The notes under the pieces were generated by a model, which worked only from the letters and a program-made list of their open reading frames with translations, did not search any database and was not told where the DNA came from. A stretch of DNA of 64,000 bases from an uncultured SAR86 cluster bacterium (GTDB lineage Bacteria > Pseudomonadota > Gammaproteobacteria > Magnimaribacterales > D2472). Positions 56,420-64,000 of the stretch are shown here, in pieces. The position numbers and the translations under genes are program-made. The stretch is taken from assembly GCA_902558375.1 (NCBI GenBank), contig CACEDQ010000002.1, positions 14,642-78,641 on the forward strand, read 5' to 3'. How positions within the stretch are numbered: position 1 is the stretch's first letter; every line of letters starts with the position of its first letter.

Positions 56420-58249
56420 ATGGTAAAACGAATTTTTAAAACCCTTGGAGTCCTGACTTTTTTTGGGACAAGTTTAATTTCACTATACTTGATTAATCTT
56501 TTTTATATGAAGCCTGCTTCAATAGATCATTATTTGGCTAAAGAAGTCATAACAGATTTATTAGATTCTCCTGAAGCTATGACTTACATGGGAGTCTTTG
56601 ATGGTCTGAATTGGTTAACCAACCATAATGCAATGCTATCTATTCCAAAAAGTGATGACCTCAAAAAAGATATACAAAGCGCAAGAAACAGACTAAATAT
56701 TTTAAATAAATATGACAATGAGTCATTAAAAAGCGATCAAAGAATCACAAAAAAAATTGCGATTTTTGATACTGAAAATCAATTAAATCAATTAGAGCTT
56801 TTTCCATATCATGATTATCCTTTGAATCAGGTTCGTGGAGAACATCACAATATTATTAGCTTTATGAGCGACATGCATCCGGTAAGAAATTTATCTGAGG
56901 CAGAAGACTTTATTAAACGAACTGATCTTGCTATTGAGGTTTATTCAGGACTTTATGACTGGTTACAAAGACAAGCAGCTTCTGGGATATATGCTCCAAA
57001 ATTTGTCTATGCACACATAATCGAGCAACTCAACGAATTAATTAATTACTCACATGAAGAGCATCCCTTGTATACACAATTTATAAAAAAAATTAAGCTG
57101 CTTGATTTATCAGATGATGAATTTAATTCTCTAAAAAATTCTATTAAGAATTCAATTCAGAAAAGTGTAACTCCAGGGTTCGAATTACTAAGAGATTTTA
57201 TGCTTGAGACAGAAAAAAATGCCAACCCTCATCATGGAATATGGTCTCAGCCAAACGGTGATGAGTTTTATAAACTTAGAATTAGATCTTATACAACAAC
57301 AGACTACAGTCCTGAGAAAATTCATCAAATGGGACTAAGCGAAGTAGCAAGAATTTCTAAAAGAATGAAAGAGATACTTGTGTCACTTGGATATGACTCA
57401 AATAAAACTGTAGGGATTTTAATGAATGAGTTAAATGAAGATCCATCTATGCTATATGCCGATACCCCGGACAGAAAAGAAATTGTTGTTCAAGATTATA
57501 TGAACATGGTTAATGAAGCTACAGAAGGTATAAAAGAATATTTTCATACAATGCCTAGAGCTCCTGTTATTGTAAAAGCAGTACCTGAGTATTCTGAACA
57601 AACAGCTCCAGGTGGCTATTACCAAGCACCTGCCCTTGATGGAAGTAGACCCGGTGTTTTTTTTGCAAATCTTTACGATATAAAACAAACTCCTAAATAC
57701 AGCATGAAAACATTAACCTTTCACGAGGCGACACCCGGTCATCATCATCAGATAGCTCATTCATTAGAAAATGAAGAGCTAACCCTATATAGAAGGTTTG
57801 GTTACAGGACCTCTGCATTTTCTGAAGGCTGGGCTTTATATTCCGAGCAACTGTCATTAGAAGCAGGCCTTGCTCCAGACCCTTATGATGAATTGGGTAT
57901 TTTGCAGAGCGAAATATTTAGGGCTGTTCGTTTAGTTGTTGATACTGGCATACATTATAAAAAATGGACTAGAGAAGAAGCTATAGATTATATGAAAGCC
58001 AAAACCGGTATGTCTGATACAGAATGCCGTGTTGAAATTGAAAGATATATTGTTTGGCCAGGCCAAGCCCTCAGCTATAAAGTAGGCATGATAAAAATGT
58101 TGGAATTAAGAGAAAAGGCAATTAAGGCTCTTGGAAAAAACTTTAATATTAAAGACTTTCATTCAGCTGTTCTTGATTATGGAAATCCGCCGCTATTTAT
58201 TGTTGAACAAAAAGTTGAGGAAATGATCGAAAGAGCTTTAAAAAATTAA
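56420..58249 (+). CDS. DUF885-family protein (putative metallopeptidase-like)
   Basis: 609 aa, N-terminal TM/signal anchor, and an FHEATPGHHHQ motif characteristic of DUF885. Confidence 0.8.
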   Translation: MVKRIFKTLGVLTFFGTSLISLYLINLFYMKPASIDHYLAKEVITDLLDSPEAMTYMGVFDGLNWLTNHNAMLSIPKSDDLKKDIQSARNRLNILNKYDNESLKSDQRITKKIAIFDTENQLNQLELFPYHDYPLNQVRGEHHNIISFMSDMHPVRNLSEAEDFIKRTDLAIEVYSGLYDWLQRQAASGIYAPKFVYAHIIEQLNELINYSHEEHPLYTQFIKKIKLLDLSDDEFNSLKNSIKNSIQKSVTPGFELLRDFMLETEKNANPHHGIWSQPNGDEFYKLRIRSYTTTDYSPEKIHQMGLSEVARISKRMKEILVSLGYDSNKTVGILMNELNEDPSMLYADTPDRKEIVVQDYMNMVNEATEGIKEYFHTMPRAPVIVKAVPEYSEQTAPGGYYQAPALDGSRPGVFFANLYDIKQTPKYSMKTLTFHEATPGHHHQIAHSLENEELTLYRRFGYRTSAFSEGWALYSEQLSLEAGLAPDPYDELGILQSEIFRAVRLVVDTGIHYKKWTREEAIDYMKAKTGMSDTECRVEIERYIVWPGQALSYKVGMIKMLELREKAIKALGKNFNIKDFHSAVLDYGNPPLFIVEQKVEEMIERALKN

Positions 58250-58869
58250 TATTTCTCAGGATGTCTTGCTTTAAATCTAGTGAAGTAGTCTTTTACCCAT
58301 TTTAAATCTTCCTCACTGTTTCCTGTTGGCTTAAAAAATTTGTCTAATAAAATCCTTTTTTTATCAAAATCAAATGATCCAAGAAATATTTGACCCTCAA
58401 CAGCATTTGCAATTCTTAAAAATCCAGACCTTAATTTTTCAGTTTTTGCTCTAGTTCCCTCTGGAGACATTGCTATTATTGAGCCATTGAGTTTTTTCAT
58501 ATTTTTTATCGCGGTGTCTGTGAGTCCTGAGCCTGGATTGGTCTTGTCAACAGGAATTCCGCCCATATAATTTAGAAATTTTCCCAGAATGGGTTTTTTA
58601 AATAAGCTATGTTTTCCAAAAAATGTGATTTTTGCATCTAATCCTAAAATTGCTGCAAAGCCAAAAATACCATCCCAATTTGAAGTATGAGGTCCTGCAA
58701 TAATTATTAAATTTTCGTTACCAGAAACCCTGGGCACAAAGCCATCTACTCTCCAGCCAAATACTCTCAAAAAACCTCTAGCTACCCACTGAACTATTTT
58801 GGGTCTTGCGGCCCAGTATTTCTCAGGTATCTGCGATCGAGATACAACTTTATTCACCTTTTGGTTCAT
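58246..58869 (-). CDS. PlsC-type (HX4D) acyltransferase
   Basis: GPHTSNWDG (HX4D) and MSPEGTRAK (motif III). 207 aa. 4-nt overlap with the upstream membrane-protein gene. Confidence 0.8.
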   Translation of the reverse strand: MNQKVNKVVSRSQIPEKYWAARPKIVQWVARGFLRVFGWRVDGFVPRVSGNENLIIIAGPHTSNWDGIFGFAAILGLDAKITFFGKHSLFKKPILGKFLNYMGGIPVDKTNPGSGLTDTAIKNMKKLNGSIIAMSPEGTRAKTEKLRSGFLRIANAVEGQIFLGSFDFDKKRILLDKFFKPTGNSEEDLKWVKDYFTRFKARHPEKY

Positions 58870-59555
58870 ATTTTTATTTTGGCTTTATCTTTAAAGTAAT
58901 ATGGGAGATACATCAAATAACACAGAACAATTGCCACAAGATATAAATCAAAGATGTGAAATGGCTCAGAACGCATAAGAGACATTATGTTATCACCAAC
59001 TGGTTTTTCGACTAAAAACCAATAATTAGTTCCTAATAAATAATTAACAAAATAAGTAAATAAAAGAAGGATTGTTGCATATGCAAGAGCTTTAAGAACA
59101 TCCAACATATAGGGCCGCTGATTATCAATAATAATTGCATATGATACTCCCATCAAAATCATGGTGTGTCCTATCTGACTTTGTATATATCCAATATAAG
59201 GAAATCCATAGACGGTATCAGGTGTCAAAATTGACATTCCTCCACCAGCAATGCCAAAAAAGAAAGCAAAGACAAAAAACTCACGGTTTTTGGTAATAAA
59301 ATATAAAATTACAGCTATAGTTGAAAAATCACACAAATGTAAGGGCAACCCCTCTTTCCAGTTATTAGACATTAGCCCTTCTCTATAAAAATCCATCAAT
59401 TGATTGACTAGTAAAAGAAAAATTATTGAGTATCTAAATAGACTTCTAGCTCTTGGGGCTGATTTTTTAAAGTATTTTGGTAAAAGTACTATAGAAGCCA
59501 AGCTTAACAATACAGTTAAAACATGAGAAGCACTAAGTAAATTTAGTTCATTCAT
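58866..59555 (-). CDS. polytopic membrane protein, YwaF/TIGR02206 (TMEM164-like) family candidate
   Basis: 229 aa with about 7 TM segments and an LPLHLCD motif that I associate with the YwaF/TIGR02206 family. Assignment is from memory only. Confidence 0.5.
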   Translation of the reverse strand: MNELNLLSASHVLTVLLSLASIVLLPKYFKKSAPRARSLFRYSIIFLLLVNQLMDFYREGLMSNNWKEGLPLHLCDFSTIAVILYFITKNREFFVFAFFFGIAGGGMSILTPDTVYGFPYIGYIQSQIGHTMILMGVSYAIIIDNQRPYMLDVLKALAYATILLLFTYFVNYLLGTNYWFLVEKPVGDNIMSLMRSEPFHIFDLYLVAIVLCYLMYLPYYFKDKAKIKI

Positions 59556-59580
59556 ATTTTAATAAAGCTCTATTACGTAA

Positions 59581-60072
59581 CTAAGGCAGTTCTGGTAAAG
59601 CGTTGTAATTTAAATCTTCATATGGATTTTGAACAGCAATAGCATCCGGGTGAACAACAGATATATCTATATCACTTCCATAATCACCAGCAAAAAATCC
59701 AGCAGCAGTATTTCTTGGAGAGATATAGATAGTAGCAAATCTACCACTTTTCTCATAAACCAATGTGACTTCTTCACCAACTTTTGATGACATAAGCTGC
59801 CAACCTGTAGACAACGTTTCGGTACCATAGAATATTAAGTTTTCAGCAGGACTAAAGCCTGATTCCATGATTATGCGACCTGATATTGCTTCACCTGTTC
59901 CCAAAAGGACCGTTGGAACCTTAATAATTTTTGCATCATCTGGCAAAGGCAAATCCTCTAAAAGGTATGCAATTACTTTTCTTTGGTTAGCTTGATATTC
60001 GTCTGTAATTATGGCGCAACCTGAAGCCATTGCCATAATTATTAATGCAACAAAAGTATTTTTAAATTTCAT
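59581..60072 (-). CDS. lipoprotein, unknown function
   Basis: Signal peptide with lipobox (IIMAMASGC). 163 aa, no recognised family. First gene of a three-gene minus-strand string. Confidence 0.55.
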   Translation of the reverse strand: MKFKNTFVALIIMAMASGCAIITDEYQANQRKVIAYLLEDLPLPDDAKIIKVPTVLLGTGEAISGRIIMESGFSPAENLIFYGTETLSTGWQLMSSKVGEEVTLVYEKSGRFATIYISPRNTAAGFFAGDYGSDIDISVVHPDAIAVQNPYEDLNYNALPELP

Positions 60073-60149
60073 GTGGAAAGTATTACACCTTTTTTCCTTA
60101 ATTTCATCAAAATTTTATAGAAAGTTGGTAAAATTTATGTAAAGTAAAC

Positions 60150-60179
60150 TTGACATACATTACTTCGTTGAAGTAATCT
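60150..60179 (+). promoter_or_regulatory. candidate sigma-70 promoter with overlapping perfect 8-3-8 palindrome (candidate operator)
   Basis: TTGACA at 60150-60155, an 18-nt spacer, then TAATCT at 60174-60179. The palindrome ATTACTTC-GTT-GAAGTAAT at 60159-60177 spans the spacer and the -10. Located in the largest non-coding gap of the window, upstream of the membrane-protein/XRE pair. Confidence 0.35.
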
Positions 60180-60296
60180 TATTAACTATGTAGATCTTTG
60201 GAATTAACGAAATATCCACTGGAACAATGGGTTTTATAAGTGGGATTATCTGCTTGGGTAAAATACAAAAACTAATCAAAGATAGGGAGATAGAAA

Positions 60297-60755
60297 ATGG
60301 CTAAAATAACTCATAAAGGATCATGGATTCAAATAAAATCTTTAAATAAAGAAGATAAAAGAAATTATCTAACATCCGTATCTTTTTTCCTTATTGGAGC
60401 TTTATTCTGGGGTGTTCATTTAACAACAGTAGATGGAATATTTGGTCCAGCCTTAGAGCAAGATAATAGCTTTTTTATGACTATAATTAGGTCCTTGATA
60501 ATAATTTTTTGGGTTATTGCAGCGATATATCAAAATAAATTTATCAAAGCACAAGATGAACTTATGCATAGGTACTATCTTTACCTAGGCGCATGGGGAG
60601 GCATAGGTTTTGTTAGTTTTGGTATGCTGTTTTCAATCCTTTCACCTTATTTAGGTTTTGAAATTGGATTTTATGAATGCTTTTTAGCATGGGCAATTGG
60701 AACTGGTATTGGTGGATTTATATTCGATAAGAAATATTTAAGAGATGGAGAATAA
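60297..60755 (+). CDS. 4-TM membrane protein, unknown function
   Basis: 152-aa ORF with an AGGGAGA SD. Overlaps the downstream XRE regulator gene by 11 nt. Confidence 0.55.
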   Translation: MAKITHKGSWIQIKSLNKEDKRNYLTSVSFFLIGALFWGVHLTTVDGIFGPALEQDNSFFMTIIRSLIIIFWVIAAIYQNKFIKAQDELMHRYYLYLGAWGGIGFVSFGMLFSILSPYLGFEIGFYECFLAWAIGTGIGGFIFDKKYLRDGE

Positions 60756-60939
60756 ATTAAAAGACCTGCGCCAAAAAAGGCAGGTGAGTCAAAATGCTTT
60801 AGCAGAAGCTTTGTCTGTTAGCAGACAAACTATCAACTCAATTGAAAATGGTAAGTTTGATCCTTCATTGACTCTTGCAATCAAACTAACAAGATTTTTT
60901 GAAGTATCTTTAGATGAAATATTTATTTATAAAGATTGA
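60745..60939 (+). CDS. XRE-family helix-turn-helix transcriptional regulator (short, stand-alone HTH)
   Basis: 64 aa. LKDLRQKRQVSQNALAEALSVSRQTINSIENGKFDPSLTLAIKLTRFFEVSLDEIF is the classic short Cro/C1-type HTH protein. Confidence 0.85.
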   Translation: MENKLKDLRQKRQVSQNALAEALSVSRQTINSIENGKFDPSLTLAIKLTRFFEVSLDEIFIYKD

Positions 60940-61950
60940 TCAGGTGTAAACTTGTCCAAACCTATTATCTGTAAAATCGTCCCAAGAAACAGATTCTTGT
61001 TTTATGAAACCTTTTGATTTTATTTTTCCATTAATATACATGTCTAAGACACTACATACTCCTGAGGCAGTTGTTCTTTGAATTGCGCTAAACTTATCAT
61101 CGCCGTATATCTTCTTTAAATAAGTTTTCTCTTGAAGAATTCCATTTATTTGCCCTATCACCTTTACATAGAAAATGATTACATCATTTGTTGTTCTGGG
61201 AACCTCTTTATCAAAAAGTTTTTCTAAAACATCTTTGTTCTTCTTTAGATGCAGATCATTAAACAAAAATTTCATGTGATTTAAATGCCCAGGATACCTA
61301 ATGGTTTTGTATGATAAGTTTTCAACTTTATTTTCGTAGGTTTCACACATAGTGGCACAGCCACCGCTAGTATTAAATGCTTCATATGACTCACCTTCTA
61401 TTGTTAGCTTTTCAGCCCCTTCAAGAGGCATAACTTTTATTGATTTCCCTTCATATATAGCATCAGCCTCATTACAATACTCATTAATCAAGCCATTGGT
61501 AGACCAACTCAAATAATAGCTCATTTCATTATTAGTAAAGCGGGGGAGCGCACCAACTCTCATCATTACTTCTTTTACATTATCAAATTTACCAATCATG
61601 TTGGCAGCACAGATATTGATTGCTCCCGGAGCTAATCCGCATTGGGGCATCATAATACTTTTAGAATCTATGCTTCTGATAAATTCTGTAGTTTCAACAT
61701 CTTCGGTCAGGTCAAAATATCCTATGCCCATCTCTGAGGCAACTGTTCCAATATTTTGATTTATGGCAAAAGGTCCTGCAGATATAACAGCATCTGTTCC
61801 TTTTAGAAATTCTCTGACTTGATCGATATCTTTAGCATCAAGACCTTCTGTAATATCTCCATGCTTTATTTCATAATCATCTTTCAGTAACTGTTTAATG
61901 GCCCAGCCAATGTTGCCTTTTCCAATTATAGCTATTTTAGCTTTCATCAA
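60940..61950 (-). CDS. saccharopine-dehydrogenase-family NAD(P) oxidoreductase (candidate lysine dehydrogenase)
   Basis: N-terminal Rossmann KIAIIGKGNIGWAI, 336 aa, saccharopine-dehydrogenase-like middle and C-terminal regions. Coupled to the ALDH7-type gene by a 14-nt overlap. Confidence 0.65.
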   Translation of the reverse strand: MMKAKIAIIGKGNIGWAIKQLLKDDYEIKHGDITEGLDAKDIDQVREFLKGTDAVISAGPFAINQNIGTVASEMGIGYFDLTEDVETTEFIRSIDSKSIMMPQCGLAPGAINICAANMIGKFDNVKEVMMRVGALPRFTNNEMSYYLSWSTNGLINEYCNEADAIYEGKSIKVMPLEGAEKLTIEGESYEAFNTSGGCATMCETYENKVENLSYKTIRYPGHLNHMKFLFNDLHLKKNKDVLEKLFDKEVPRTTNDVIIFYVKVIGQINGILQEKTYLKKIYGDDKFSAIQRTTASGVCSVLDMYINGKIKSKGFIKQESVSWDDFTDNRFGQVYT

Positions 61951-63310
61951 ATTCTACTCCTTGAGCAAGCGGAAGATCACTACCATAGTTAACAGTTGCT
62001 GTGACCCTTCTCATATAAGCCTTCCATGCATCTGAACCGGACTCTCTTCCACCACCCGTATCTTTCTCACCACCAAAAGCGCCTCCAATTTCAGCCCCGC
62101 TTGTACCAATGTTTACATTTGCAATTCCACAATCGCTCCCTTCAGAGCTTAAAAATAATTCTGATTCTCTTACATCATTAGTAAAGATAGAACTACTTAA
62201 TCCTTGTTTAACATTGTTTTGCATGTGGATAGCATCTTTAAGATCCTTAAACTTTTTAACATATAGAATGGGTGCGAAGGTTTCTGCAAGCATTTCATCT
62301 TCAACTTTGGCTACCTCAACAATGGCTGGCATTACATAAAATTCTTTTGGGTCACCAACCTCAAGCCTCTGTCCGCCATGAATTTTTACATTCTTTTCTT
62401 TAAGTGATTCCAGTACATTCTGCATGTCGTAAAAACTCTTTTCAGAAATTAATGGGCCTAATTGAGAAGATGTATCAGAAGGATCGCCAACTTTTAGGGT
62501 TGCATAATACGCATGCAGTTTTTCCATAAATTCATCATAAATGTCTTCATGCACAAAGGCTCTTCTTAATGTTGTACATCTTTGTCCGGTTGTACCTGCT
62601 GCCGAAAATGTTACTCCTTTTACTGTCAAATCTAAATCTGCTGTTGGACAAATAATTGCTGCATTATTGCCACCTAGCTCTAACAATGTTCTACCCAGTC
62701 TTGCTGACACTAATGGAGCTAATTCTTTGCCCATTTGAGTGCTGCCAGTGGCAGATATCAGAGGGATATCTGAATCTTTACATAAGGCTATTGCTTCTTC
62801 ATTACCTCCATTAAGGATGAGTACTAATTCTTTATGATCCCCCGCAACTGTGTCCCATATTTTTTTTATGGAGTCAGCGCAGCCTGTTGTATGGGGGCTT
62901 GGTTTCCAAATAATGCTATTGCCACATACTGAAGCTAAACAAAAATTCCATGCAAATACAGCCATGGGAAAATTAAAAGCAGTAATGCAGCCCACTACAC
63001 CAAGCGGTTGCCATAATTCTTGCAATCTATGATCCGGCCTTTCGCTTGGCATGGTTAACCCATAAAGCTGCCTACTAAGACCAGTAGCAAAATCACACAT
63101 ATCAATTGCTTCTTGGACCTCTCCTTCTGCTTCAGAAACAATTTTTCTTGCTTCTTTTGTAATAACTTTAGCTAAATCAGTTTTTTGATTTCTTAACTCA
63201 TTACCAAATTCCCTTATTATCTCTCCTCTTTTTGGTGCTGGTATAAGCCTCCATTTTTTATGAGCCTCTTTTGAAGCATTGACCAATTCATCATAGCTAT
63301 TAAATTGCAT
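61937..63310 (-). CDS. ALDH7-type aldehyde dehydrogenase (alpha-aminoadipate-semialdehyde / P6C dehydrogenase-like)
   Basis: GEVQEAIDMCDFATGLSRQLYG...PSERP...ITAFNFPMAV closely parallels the antiquitin/ALDH7 block. Also ELGGNNA and catalytic GQRCTT. 457 aa. Confidence 0.8.
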   Translation of the reverse strand: MQFNSYDELVNASKEAHKKWRLIPAPKRGEIIREFGNELRNQKTDLAKVITKEARKIVSEAEGEVQEAIDMCDFATGLSRQLYGLTMPSERPDHRLQELWQPLGVVGCITAFNFPMAVFAWNFCLASVCGNSIIWKPSPHTTGCADSIKKIWDTVAGDHKELVLILNGGNEEAIALCKDSDIPLISATGSTQMGKELAPLVSARLGRTLLELGGNNAAIICPTADLDLTVKGVTFSAAGTTGQRCTTLRRAFVHEDIYDEFMEKLHAYYATLKVGDPSDTSSQLGPLISEKSFYDMQNVLESLKEKNVKIHGGQRLEVGDPKEFYVMPAIVEVAKVEDEMLAETFAPILYVKKFKDLKDAIHMQNNVKQGLSSSIFTNDVRESELFLSSEGSDCGIANVNIGTSGAEIGGAFGGEKDTGGGRESGSDAWKAYMRRVTATVNYGSDLPLAQGVEFDES

Positions 63311-63800
63311 TCATCTCTCCTTTTGAAATTTTAATAATTTGATATATAGAAAATATTCCAAAAATAATTACATATGACATATAAAAATTTTGAACTAGGG
63401 GGTCCTCAATCGAGTTTGCAAGCGGATTGCCTGGTGGCACTCTCTGAAGGACTTCTGCTGTCGTCGGCAGCATGCTGAAAAAAACTGTTCCAGTTAAAGC
63501 AAGCTGCTTAAGGTAATGATTTAAAAAACCAAAAATAGTTTTTTTATGTAATAAATACGCAAAGAGAACTGCCAAAATAGTCATTACAGATAAGATATGA
63601 GCCGTATTAAATGATCCCGTTGCTCGATAAATAAATAAAGAAGAGGCTGACGTCACAACAGTGGCAATCAAATAAAATTTTGCGATGCCGGAATCTATGT
63701 AAATAAATCTATCTCTAAATAAAAGATAAAGGCCTGCTAATATTGCTGGTATTCCAACAATAGTATGGAACCATCCCATGTAGGTAATTCCACCAATCAT
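63300..63800 (-). CDS. hypothetical polytopic membrane protein
   Basis: 166-aa ORF with 4-5 TM segments. Overlaps the ALDH start by 11 nt. No family recognised. Confidence 0.5.
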   Translation of the reverse strand: MIGGITYMGWFHTIVGIPAILAGLYLLFRDRFIYIDSGIAKFYLIATVVTSASSLFIYRATGSFNTAHILSVMTILAVLFAYLLHKKTIFGFLNHYLKQLALTGTVFFSMLPTTAEVLQRVPPGNPLANSIEDPLVQNFYMSYVIIFGIFSIYQIIKISKGEMNAI

Positions 63801-63847
63801 ATTTATACCTCCCCATATATATATGTTTAAAATATATTTTACTCTAT

Positions 63848-64000
63848 TTATGAAGAAAGATATTTGAGAAGTAAATTAACCTTCTTATCGCCGCCAAAAT
63901 AGTCTATTTCTTTATTGTCAAAAGTATTGATACTTAAAATTAAATTTTGCTTTTGTTCAGGATAGTCATGAATTAAAAAGAGTGGCTGGAACATGACATT
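63848..64000 (-). CDS. 3' end of an unidentified CDS running off the right edge
   Basis: Minus-strand frame open from the window edge to TAA (TTA at 63848-63850 on +). The last 50 aa are NVMFQPLFLIHDYPEQKQNLILSINTFDNKEIDYFGGDKKVNLLLKYLSS. No family recognised. Confidence 0.3.
   Translation of the reverse strand, partial: NVMFQPLFLIHDYPEQKQNLILSINTFDNKEIDYFGGDKKVNLLLKYLSS

Noticed and set aside
60227-60304. 25-aa upstream ORF (MGFISGIICLGKIQKLIKDREIENG) in the leader of the membrane-protein/XRE operon.
   Set aside because: It has no SD, is very short, and overlaps the better-supported ATG at 60297 out of frame. It is most likely fortuitous.
60297-60939. Membrane protein plus short XRE protein as a toxin-antitoxin or abortive-infection pair. 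Likewise the GNAT gene at 55121-55624 as a GNAT-type toxin.
   Set aside because: The XRE protein is downstream of and overlaps a 4-TM protein that has no toxin-like domain. The GNAT gene has no adjacent RHH/XRE antitoxin-like ORF. No positive evidence for a TA function.
1-64000. Search for rRNA, tRNA, tmRNA, RNase P or SRP RNA, CRISPR arrays, IS elements and long repeats.
   Set aside because: Every gap longer than about 60 bp was read (640-740, 6412-6537, 9082-9154, 10888-11018, 21601-21689, 34136-34193, 40498-40575, 41065-41137, 46510-46575, 48034-48190, 49604-49803, 55061-55120, 56334-56419, 60073-60296 and 63801-63847). None shows GC-rich structured RNA features, tRNA-like arms or spaced direct repeats. 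A proper tRNAscan/Infernal/repeat run is still needed.

Overview
The window is a visibly AT-rich, very gene-dense chromosomal segment. I support about 75 protein-coding genes. Many have 1-17 nt start/stop overlaps. I found no rRNA, tRNA, CRISPR array, transposase or integrase.

Gene content and local synteny point to a Gammaproteobacterium:
- rppH..lgt-thyA-folA
- efp-argS-SPOR
- yggS-proC-yggT-metX-metW-rdgB-hemW, convergent with trmB
- rpoH, lipA/lipB, uvrD and typA

The AT-richness and compaction suggest a streamlined marine lineage. SAR86-like is my inference only. Most of the window is ordinary core metabolism and housekeeping.

Regions worth a second look:
1. A divergently transcribed prolyl-4-hydroxylase and DxH-motif (Gnt1/GT60-like) glycosyltransferase pair at 45.9-47.6 kb. 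A MazG-like NTP pyrophosphohydrolase and small unknown ORFs follow it. This could be a bacterial hydroxyproline-glycosylation module. It is the best candidate for something undescribed.
2. A six-gene TonB2-type energy-transduction cluster at 16.4-21.6 kb: DUF3450, large TtpC-like MotA/ExbB protein, ExbB, ExbD, TonB and TPR protein.
3. An angiotensin-converting-enzyme-like M2 lipoprotein peptidase, translationally coupled to a DUF1295 membrane protein.
4. A 9-cysteine mini-protein downstream of a Bax-inhibitor-1-like membrane protein that carries an insert.
5. A YwaF/TMEM164-like membrane protein coupled to an HX4D acyltransferase.
6. An ALDH7-type plus saccharopine-dehydrogenase-family lysine-catabolism operon.

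All functional calls come from motif and family recognition by eye. No searches were run.
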